NCBI GenBank assembly: GCA_018824145.1
Contig: JAHJHC010000090.1
Location: 349-64,348 of the forward strand
Origin: Candidatus Omnitrophota bacterium
GTDB taxonomy: Bacteria; Omnitrophota; Gorgyraeia; Gorgyraeales; Gorgyraeaceae
DNA: 64,000 nt
Direction of reading: 5' to 3'
Shown: in pieces, positions 56,432-64,000 of the stretch
How positions within the stretch are numbered: the first letter of the stretch is position 1
How the letters are laid out: each line of letters begins with the position of its first letter
The notes under the pieces: generated by a model
What the model was told of the DNA's origin: nothing
Databases searched by the model: none
Seen by the model: only the letters and a program-made list of their open reading frames with translations
Program-made: the position numbers and the translations under genes

Positions 56432-56902
56432 TCACCAACGATAATGCGCAAACGCCTTATTGGCCTCTGCCATCCTATGCATCTCATCTCGCTTCTTCAT
56501 TGCAGAACCTTGAGACTTAAAGGCATCCATTATCTCATCTGCAAGTTTCTCCTCCATGGGCTTTCCTTTTTTCTGTCTGGCAAAGTCTCTTATCCACCTC
56601 ATTGCAATAGAAGCCCCACGGTCGGCCTTTACCTCAATCGGCACCTGATATGTAGCGCCTCCTACCCTTCTGGGTTTTACTTCTAAAAGAGGCCTAACAC
56701 TATCAACTGCCTTCTGTAAAACCTCTAAAGAATCTTTATTACCTGTCTTATCTGACACTATATCCAATGACTTATACATTATATCTTCTGCAAGAGACTT
56801 TTTGCCTTCCGCCATAATAACATTAACGAATCTAGAAATTAGTTTACTGTTATATTTAGGATCAGCTGTAACATCTCTTTTTACCGCTCGTCTGCGCCGC
56901 AT
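56432..56902 (-). CDS. rpsG: 30S ribosomal protein S7
   Basis: 156 aa from MRRRRAVKRDVTADPKYNSKLISRFVN. The ORF-track N-terminal extension would overlap rpsL and is rejected. Confidence 0.92.
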   Translation of the reverse strand: MRRRRAVKRDVTADPKYNSKLISRFVNVIMAEGKKSLAEDIMYKSLDIVSDKTGNKDSLEVLQKAVDSVRPLLEVKPRRVGGATYQVPIEVKADRGASIAMRWIRDFARQKKGKPMEEKLADEIMDAFKSQGSAMKKRDEMHRMAEANKAFAHYRW

Positions 56903-56924
56903 ATGTATCTCCCTATTTTCGACA

Positions 56925-57299
56925 TTATCCCTTCGGTCTCTTTGCCCCGTATTTAGACCGACTCTTTCTCCTATTCTGCACCCCTGCAGTATCCAGGGTC
57001 CCCCTAACAATATGATATCTAACACCAGGAAGATCCTTTACCCTGCCGCCTCTTATTAAAACTATCGAATGTTCCTGAAGATTGTGACCTTCGCCAGGAA
57101 TGTATGAAGTGACCTCAATACCATTTGTCAACCTGACCCTGGCAACCTTTCTCAATGCCGAGTTAGGTTTCTTAGGCGTTTGAGTCTTCACCTGCACACA
57201 CACACCTCTCTTCTGCGGACACCTTTGAAGTGCGCGTGATTTTGTCTTTCTCTTTTTTTCGCTTCGACCTAATCGTATTAACTGGTTAATTGTTGGCAT
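56925..57299 (-). CDS. rpsL: 30S ribosomal protein S12
   Basis: 124 aa. [12 protein letters not shown]...[16 protein letters not shown]. Confidence 0.95.
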   Translation of the reverse strand: MPTINQLIRLGRSEKKRKTKSRALQRCPQKRGVCVQVKTQTPKKPNSALRKVARVRLTNGIEVTSYIPGEGHNLQEHSIVLIRGGRVKDLPGVRYHIVRGTLDTAGVQNRRKSRSKYGAKRPKG

Positions 57300-57313
57300 A
57301 ATTATTCCCGTTT

Positions 57314-60300
57314 CTACTTTTCCTCTTCATCTTTTTTGTTTTCTTCTTGAAGCTCCTCCACCCCTTCTCTAACCATATCTATATCCCTATGGTCCTTGTA
57401 TCCTGTACCTGCTGGTATTAAATGCCCCATGATAACATTCTCTTTCAATCCCCTAAGCTCGTCCACTTTCCCGCTTGCAGCTGCCTCTGTCAAAACTCGC
57501 GTTGTTTCCTGAAAACTCGCTGCGGATATGAAACTCATTGTGCTAAGAGATGCCTTTGTAATACCTAAAAGTATCGGTGTGGCGCTTGCTGGTTTTTGTT
57601 TTTTCTTCGCCACTTTCGCATTTTCATCCTGAAACGCTATTTTATCTACTTGCATCCCTATCAAAAATTCCGTATCCCCAGGGTCTTCTATTTTGACCTT
57701 TCTAAGCATCTGCTTTACGATTATCTCTATATGCTTATCATTTATCCTTACACCTTGTAATCTATAGACCTCCTGCACTTCATCAACAAGATATTCCTGC
57801 AATCTCTTTTCACCACTCACCCTCAAAATATCCTGAGGATTTATAGGTCCGTCTACAAGCTGATCGCCTGTTACGACTCTATCACCCTTATAAACATTTA
57901 AATGTTTGCCATGCGGTATTATATATTCTCGTTTCATACCGGAGGCTGATCTTACAATAATCCTTCTCTGACCTTTTTTCGATGTGGCGAATTCCACTAT
58001 ACCGTCTATTTCGCTTATCATTGCAGGATCTTTTGGTCTTCGTGCCTCAAAGAGCTCTGCGACCCGCGGTAATCCTCCTGTAATATCTTTTGTCTTACTA
58101 ACCTGTCTCGGCGTTTTAGCAATAAGATCTCCTGCTTTAATAGACGCGCCGTCTTGACAAACTATATGCGCCCCGGCAGGAATCGGATATAGTGCCAGGA
58201 CGTCTTTTTTATCATCTTCTATGACTATCTGCGGATGATACTCACCTCTATGCTCCACAATAACACGACCGCTAAGACCAGTTGCCTCATCTTCTTCTTC
58301 GACCATAGTTACTTCTTCTATAATATCCTCATATCTTACCTTTCCGCTTACCTCTGTCAATATAGGCGATGTATAAGGATCCCATCTTACAAAAATAACA
58401 CCCTTTTCTATCTCTTTGGCATCCTCTATATATAATATAGATCCGGAAGGCACAGTGTGCTTTTCAAGCTCTCTACCAGTATCATCATTTATACTTATCT
58501 GGCCATTACGGTTTAAAACTACTGTCTCACCTGACTCCTGTTGGACTCTCTTGAGATTATGATACTTAACTATACCTTTTGACCTAGACTTTATATACGA
58601 CTGTTCAATAATCCTGGACGCTGTTCCACCTATATGAAAGGTTCTCATTGTAAGCTGCGTGCCAGGTTCTCCTATGGATTGAGCAGCGATTATACCAACA
58701 GCTGTGCCAAGCTCTACTATCTTCCCGGTTGACAAATCTCTACCGTAACACTTAGCACATATACCAAGCTTTGTCTCACATGTCAAAACACTTCGGATCC
58801 TTATCTTCTCTATACCGGCTGACTCTATACGCTCTGCCTCATTCTCCTTTATCTCATTTCCTGCTTCAACGATAATCTCATCAGTAATAATATCTACAAT
58901 ATTATCTACTGCCACCCTTCCCATTATTCGTTCTCTCAGAGGCACGACCTCTTCATCTGCTTCAATTATTGCGCCTATCAATATCCCGTTCAACGTACCA
59001 CAATCCTTTTCCCTTACTATAACATCCTGAGCCACGTCTACGAGACGCCTGGTAAGATATCCAGAATCAGCTGTCTTGAGCGCAGTATCAGCCAAACCTT
59101 TCCTCGCACCATGAGTAGAGATAAAGTATTCTAATACAGTCAACCCCTCTTTAAAATTAGCGATTATAGGCGTCTCTATAATTTCACCCGAAGGCTTAGC
59201 CATAAGACCTCTCATACCTGCAAGCTGTCTTATCTGCTGTTTCGAACCTCTCGCGCCAGAATTAGCCATCATAAATACCGGATTAAATGCATCAAGTTCT
59301 CTGAATAACATGTCTGAAATCTTATCAGTGGCATGGGTCCAGATATCTACAATTTTATTGTATCTTTCACGTTCCGTTATGATTCCTCGTTTATATTGAT
59401 CTTCTACAGAATTCACTTCTTTCCTTGAACCAGAAATCATCTTTTTCTTGTCTTCCGGAATCTGCAAATCATCGATTGAAATCGATAACCCAGCAAGAGT
59501 TGCATATTCAAAACCTATCTTCTTCACATCGTCCAGAAGTTTCACGGTAACATCGTGACCAAACATTTTATAGCAATCCGCAATAACCTTACTTAAAACC
59601 GACTTCTCTAATACCTTGTTAACAAATGACATCCCTTTCGGCAGTATTCTATTGAAAACTATCCTTCCTGCAGTTGTGTCTATATAATCCTTATCCATTC
59701 TCAATTTTATCTTGGCATGTATATCTATCTCGCTATCATAGAGTGCAACTTCCGCCTCTTCTTTACTAGCAAAACCACTACCTTCTCCTTTCATGCCGGA
59801 TTTTTCCTGAGTTAAATAATAACAACCGAGCACGATATCCTGAGTAGGTGTAATAATAGGTCTACCGTCAGACGGAGAAAAAATATTATTGGACGAAAGC
59901 ATTAGCAATCTGCATTCCATCTGGGCCTCCATAGAAAGAGGCACATGAACCGCCATCTGGTCTCCGTCAAAATCAGCATTAAATGCAGTACAAACCAAAG
60001 GATGTATTCTTATTGCTTTCCCCTCTACTAGAACCGGCTGAAATGCCTGTATCCCAAGCCTATGCAATGTAGGGGCTCTATTCAACATCACTGGATGGTC
60101 CTTTATCACATCATCCAGAATATCCCAAACTTCCAACCGTGCCTTTTCCACCATCCTTTTTGCACTTTTTATAGTATGTACAAATCCTTTTTCTTTTAAC
60201 TTTTTAATAATAAACGGCTCAAAGAGCTCCAATGCCATCTTTTTCGGAAGACCGCACTCCCATAACTTCAACTCAGGCCCTATTACGATAACAGACCTTC

Positions 60301-61327
60301 CTGAATAGTCCACGCGTTTTCCTAACAGATTCTGTCTGAACCTGCCCTGTTTACCCTTCAACATATCGCTCAAAGACTTCAAAGGTCTATTGGCAGGACC
60401 TAACACCGGCCTACCATGTCTCCCATTATCGAATAACGCATCCACTGCCTCTTGCAGCATACGCTTTTCATTCCTTATAATTATATCCGGTGCCTTGAGC
60501 TCTATTAGTTTTTTTAGACGGCTATTGCGGTTTATAACTCTTCTATATAAATCGTTCAGATCACTCGTCGCAAATCTGCCGCCTTCAAGAGGAACAAGAG
60601 GCCTAAGGTCAGGCGGTATGACGGGTATCACATCCACTATCATCCATTCGGGCTTGTTCCCCGATTTGTTAAGCGCCTCTATTATTTTTAACCTCTTCAA
60701 TATCTTTCTTTTGGTCTGTTCTGATTTTTGCTCATGTAAATCTAATTTGAGATTCACAATCAATTCGTCAAGGTTGATCTCCTTCAGAAGCTCACGTATA
60801 GCTTCTGCGCCGATCATAGCCTTAAATTTATTACCGTATCTCTCACCATACTGTCTATATTTCTCTTCGGTTAAAAGCTCTTTTTTCTTAAACGGCGTAT
60901 CTCCAGGGTCAATAACAATAAATTCTTCATAATAAATGACCTTCTCCAGATCGCGCAACCCCACATTCAAAAGTAACGCCATGCGACTGGGCATTGCCTT
61001 AAAAAACCATATATGAGAACAAGGCGAGGCCAAGTCTATATGAGCCATCCTTTCCCGTCTCACTTTGGAAAGCGTAACTTCCACACCGCACCGGTCGCAC
61101 ACGATCCCCTTATACTTAACACGCTTATACTTCCCACAACTACACTCCCAGTCACGAGTAGGCCCAAATATTCTTTCACAAAAAAGCCCGTCTTTTTCAG
61201 GTCTCAAGGTCCTGTAATTAATGGTCTCGGGCTTTTTTACTTCGCCTCTAGACCAGGACCTGATAACTTCAGGAGAAGCAATCTTTATTGATATAAAATC
61301 AAAAGAAGCTGTTTCTTTAGATAACAT
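57314..61327 (-). CDS. rpoC: DNA-directed RNA polymerase subunit beta'
   Basis: 1337 aa. Zinc-binding CSCGKYK...[17 protein letters not shown] catalytic motif. Confidence 0.97.
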   Translation of the reverse strand: MLSKETASFDFISIKIASPEVIRSWSRGEVKKPETINYRTLRPEKDGLFCERIFGPTRDWECSCGKYKRVKYKGIVCDRCGVEVTLSKVRRERMAHIDLASPCSHIWFFKAMPSRMALLLNVGLRDLEKVIYYEEFIVIDPGDTPFKKKELLTEEKYRQYGERYGNKFKAMIGAEAIRELLKEINLDELIVNLKLDLHEQKSEQTKRKILKRLKIIEALNKSGNKPEWMIVDVIPVIPPDLRPLVPLEGGRFATSDLNDLYRRVINRNSRLKKLIELKAPDIIIRNEKRMLQEAVDALFDNGRHGRPVLGPANRPLKSLSDMLKGKQGRFRQNLLGKRVDYSGRSVIVIGPELKLWECGLPKKMALELFEPFIIKKLKEKGFVHTIKSAKRMVEKARLEVWDILDDVIKDHPVMLNRAPTLHRLGIQAFQPVLVEGKAIRIHPLVCTAFNADFDGDQMAVHVPLSMEAQMECRLLMLSSNNIFSPSDGRPIITPTQDIVLGCYYLTQEKSGMKGEGSGFASKEEAEVALYDSEIDIHAKIKLRMDKDYIDTTAGRIVFNRILPKGMSFVNKVLEKSVLSKVIADCYKMFGHDVTVKLLDDVKKIGFEYATLAGLSISIDDLQIPEDKKKMISGSRKEVNSVEDQYKRGIITERERYNKIVDIWTHATDKISDMLFRELDAFNPVFMMANSGARGSKQQIRQLAGMRGLMAKPSGEIIETPIIANFKEGLTVLEYFISTHGARKGLADTALKTADSGYLTRRLVDVAQDVIVREKDCGTLNGILIGAIIEADEEVVPLRERIMGRVAVDNIVDIITDEIIVEAGNEIKENEAERIESAGIEKIRIRSVLTCETKLGICAKCYGRDLSTGKIVELGTAVGIIAAQSIGEPGTQLTMRTFHIGGTASRIIEQSYIKSRSKGIVKYHNLKRVQQESGETVVLNRNGQISINDDTGRELEKHTVPSGSILYIEDAKEIEKGVIFVRWDPYTSPILTEVSGKVRYEDIIEEVTMVEEEDEATGLSGRVIVEHRGEYHPQIVIEDDKKDVLALYPIPAGAHIVCQDGASIKAGDLIAKTPRQVSKTKDITGGLPRVAELFEARRPKDPAMISEIDGIVEFATSKKGQRRIIVRSASGMKREYIIPHGKHLNVYKGDRVVTGDQLVDGPINPQDILRVSGEKRLQEYLVDEVQEVYRLQGVRINDKHIEIIVKQMLRKVKIEDPGDTEFLIGMQVDKIAFQDENAKVAKKKQKPASATPILLGITKASLSTMSFISAASFQETTRVLTEAAASGKVDELRGLKENVIMGHLIPAGTGYKDHRDIDMVREGVEELQEENKKDEEEK

Positions 61328-61338
61328 ATTTTTGCTCC

Positions 61339-64000
61339 CTATTTCTTTTTCCTTTTTGCCCTTTTGCGCTCTTTGCGCCTCTCTTTTAAAACCTCTTTTG
61401 AAAACACAGCAGGTGAAACACTCCCGCCACCTTCTTTATATTCTGTCCTAATATCCAGACAAAGACTCTGCAGTTCTTTAACAAGAACGTTAAAGGACTC
61501 AGGAGTCCCGGGATTAAAGCCATGCTCACCTTTTACTATAGATTCATATATCTTGGTCCTCCCAGTAACATCATCACTTTTTACAGTCAAAAGTTCCTGC
61601 AATGTATAGGCAGCCCCGTATGCCTCTAATGCCCACACCTCCATCTCACCAAACCTCTGTCCTCCGAACTGGGCCTTACCGCCAAGAGGCTGCTGAGTCA
61701 CCAGACTATACGGTCCTATTGAACGGGCATGTATCTTATCGTCAACAAGATGAGCAAGCTTCATCATGTATATATATCCTACTGTAACCTTCTGATCAAA
61801 CGGCTCTCCCGTCAATCCGTCAATCAATACTACTTTCCCATCCTCAGGAAGGCCGGCTTTATTCAATTCCAACTTTATCTCATCTTCTCTTGCACCGTCA
61901 AATACAGGGGTAGTAACCTTAAAGCCCAAGACTTTTGCTGCCCAGCCAAGATGTGTCTCAAGGATCTGACCTACATTCATTCTCGAAGGAACACCGAGAG
62001 GATTCAAAACGATTTCAACGGGAGTTCCATCCTCCATAAACGGCAGATCTTCCTCCGGCAAAATCTTTGCAATAACACCCTTATTACCATGCCTGCCGGC
62101 TATCTTATCTCCGACCGAAAGTTTTTTCTTGCTGGCAATATATACAACCACCCTCTTTAAGACTCCGGCCGGTAATTCATCTCCTCTTTTTATCTTATCT
62201 ACGTCGTGCTCCTCTTCATAAAGGACCTCTTCTAACTGATCGTTGTAAATCACTAAAGTCCTCTTTACTTCAAATTCAAGCTCAGGATCTTTTTCTATCT
62301 TTATACTAGAACTATCGCATTTTTCAAATTTGGCTATGTCTTTTTTCCTGATAGGACGACCATCTGCTATCAAGGTAGTACCTGTCTCATCAGACTCAAG
62401 CGGGGCTGACAACTTGACACCCGAAAGGAGTTTAAATAAACGCGCTTCTTTTTCTTTTTTAATATTTTCTACACGTTTCCCGTATTCATCCCTTATCTTT
62501 TGTATCTCTTTATGTTCTTTCTGCAACTCCTCTTTTGTCTTTGACTTTGGACCTTTTCTGGAAAAAATCTTCGTATCTACTACAATACCTTCTACTCCTG
62601 AAGGAACTGTCAGGGATGCATCACGGACATCTCCTGCCTTCTCACCGAAGATTGCCCTCAAAAGTTTTTCTTCCGGAGAAAGCTCTGTCTCACTCTTAGG
62701 TGCGACTTTTCCCGCGATTATATCACCTGGCCCCACCTCTGCACCGACTCTGATGACGCCATCATCTCCAAGATTCTTAAGAGACTCCTCACTCACATTA
62801 GGTATATCTCTTGTAATCTCTTCATTCCCAAGCCGTGTCTCCCTCGCCTCTATTTCAAACTCTTCTACATGTATAGAAGTAAACTTGTCATCTTTTATAA
62901 GTCTTTCGCTAACAAGGATAGCGTCTTCAAAGTTATAACCACGCCAAGGCATGAATGCTACAAGCACATTTCCTCCCAGAGCCAGTTCTCCGCCATTTGT
63001 AGCAGGACCGTCAGCAATAGTATCGCCTGCTGAAATCCTGTCTCCGGGTTTAATAATCGGCCTCTGATTTATACAGGTATTGGCATTACTCCTTGCAAAC
63101 TTCCTCAATTTATAAACAATACTATTATTAACCACAATTTCATCTGCCTGAACATACGTAACCTTTCCCCCTGCCTTAGCTACTACCAAGGCCCCAGAAT
63201 CCACAGCTGCCCGCTTTTCTAAACCCGTGCCTATCAATGGCGCTTCAGTAAAAAGTACCGGCACAGCCTGACGTTGCATATTAGAACCCATGAGAGCGCG
63301 GTTCGCATCATCATGCTCAAGAAATGGTATTAGACCCGCCGCAACGCTAACAAGCTGTTTTGGCGATACATCCATGTAATCAATCTTACTAGGCTGAACA
63401 ATAGGAAAGTTTCCTCTATGCCTACAAGGCACCCGATCCTCTACAAAATATCCTTCTTTATCTAACTTTGCATTGGCCTGAGCAACTATATATTGATCTT
63501 CAACATCAGCTGTGAGATAATCAATTTTATTTGTAACCCTGCCATGTTCTACTTTTCTATAAGGCGTCTCTATAAAACCGAATTTATTTACCCGACCGTA
63601 GCTACTTAATGAAGATATAAGACCTATATTAGGACCTTCCGGCGTCTCAATGGGACATATCCTTCCATAGTGTGAATGATGGACATCACGGACTTCAAAA
63701 CCAGCCCTTTCTCTCGATAAACCTCCGGGACCAAGAGCACTCAAACGCCTCTTGTGGGTCATCTCTGCTAAAGGATTTGTCTGATCCATAAACTGGCTAA
63801 GCTGGCTCCTACCAAAAAAATCTTTTATTACACTCGATAGCACCTTTGAGTTTATCAGATGATATGGCATCATGGTATTCATGTCATAAATAGCCATACG
63901 ATCTCTGCAGAAACGTTCCATCCTTGCAAGACCGATTCTAAACTGTTCCTGTAAAAGTTCTCCCACGGTCCGAACCCGCCTATTGCCAAGATGATCTATA
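61339..64000 (-). CDS. rpoB: DNA-directed RNA polymerase subunit beta (C-terminal about 885 aa; N-terminus lies beyond the window)
   Basis: ORF open to the window edge. Conserved beta regions ([23 protein letters not shown]...). Only 11 nt separate it from rpoC. Confidence 0.95.
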   Translation of the reverse strand, partial: IDHLGNRRVRTVGELLQEQFRIGLARMERFCRDRMAIYDMNTMMPYHLINSKVLSSVIKDFFGRSQLSQFMDQTNPLAEMTHKRRLSALGPGGLSRERAGFEVRDVHHSHYGRICPIETPEGPNIGLISSLSSYGRVNKFGFIETPYRKVEHGRVTNKIDYLTADVEDQYIVAQANAKLDKEGYFVEDRVPCRHRGNFPIVQPSKIDYMDVSPKQLVSVAAGLIPFLEHDDANRALMGSNMQRQAVPVLFTEAPLIGTGLEKRAAVDSGALVVAKAGGKVTYVQADEIVVNNSIVYKLRKFARSNANTCINQRPIIKPGDRISAGDTIADGPATNGGELALGGNVLVAFMPWRGYNFEDAILVSERLIKDDKFTSIHVEEFEIEARETRLGNEEITRDIPNVSEESLKNLGDDGVIRVGAEVGPGDIIAGKVAPKSETELSPEEKLLRAIFGEKAGDVRDASLTVPSGVEGIVVDTKIFSRKGPKSKTKEELQKEHKEIQKIRDEYGKRVENIKKEKEARLFKLLSGVKLSAPLESDETGTTLIADGRPIRKKDIAKFEKCDSSSIKIEKDPELEFEVKRTLVIYNDQLEEVLYEEEHDVDKIKRGDELPAGVLKRVVVYIASKKKLSVGDKIAGRHGNKGVIAKILPEEDLPFMEDGTPVEIVLNPLGVPSRMNVGQILETHLGWAAKVLGFKVTTPVFDGAREDEIKLELNKAGLPEDGKVVLIDGLTGEPFDQKVTVGYIYMMKLAHLVDDKIHARSIGPYSLVTQQPLGGKAQFGGQRFGEMEVWALEAYGAAYTLQELLTVKSDDVTGRTKIYESIVKGEHGFNPGTPESFNVLVKELQSLCLDIRTEYKEGGGSVSPAVFSKEVLKERRKERKRAKRKKK

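Noticed and set aside
56903-57025. N-terminal 41-aa extension of the rpsG ORF overlapping rpsL
   Set aside because: S7 orthologs begin at MRRRRA.... The extension would overlap the rpsL coding region in another frame.
60390-60932. 180-aa + strand ORF
   Set aside because: Antisense to rpoC.
62330-62938. 202-aa + strand ORF
   Set aside because: Antisense to rpoB. Ser-rich.
1-64000. tRNA/rRNA genes
   Set aside because: No intergenic gap contains a cloverleaf-compatible sequence with GTTCRANYC T-loop or anticodon-arm features, and no rRNA-like conserved stretches were seen. None called.

Overview
The window is an AT-rich bacterial chromosomal segment, possibly from a small-genome or candidate-phylum lineage. 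Almost every gene is on the minus strand. From about 37.4 kb to the end it is one continuous co-directional ribosomal super-operon: rpoB (partial), rpoC, rpsL, rpsG, fusA, tuf, then the S10-spc-alpha block rpsJ through rplQ. That block includes secY, adk, map, infA and rpmJ, and it has no L30 gene. Upstream lie housekeeping genes: an LeuCD/IDH/MDH/aminotransferase cluster with pilT inserted between the dehydratase subunits, lpdA, nadD, rsfS, a GAF-HD-GYP protein, argS, a compact mfd, surA-pdxA-rsmA, gatCAB-ctpA-tsaD and mgtC. Next comes an accessory-looking stretch: a bactofilin-HTH fusion with a membrane-anchored HTH paralog, LarB, a type II secretion / type IV pilus-like module (two tandem GspE/PilB ATPases, GspG and a minor pseudopilin), a GT2 glycosyltransferase, a large secreted S8 protease with an extensin-like Pro-rich linker, an MA-clan metallopeptidase-like secreted protein and an orphan CheY-like response regulator. 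The only plus-strand gene is an IS200/RAYT-type Y1 transposase flanked by identical palindromes. The most unusual content is a layer of palindromic and repeat DNA. Short hairpin-forming sequences sit in frame inside tsaD and argS (possibly leuC), similar to Rickettsia palindromic elements. A dispersed REP-like repeat family occurs even inside the ribosomal operon. Two roughly 270-300 bp MITE-like inverted-repeat elements are present. A covarying conserved hairpin family sits beside tuf, rplF and gspE. No rRNA, tRNA or CRISPR array was found. Coordinates of non-CDS features were counted by hand and may be off by 1-2 nt.
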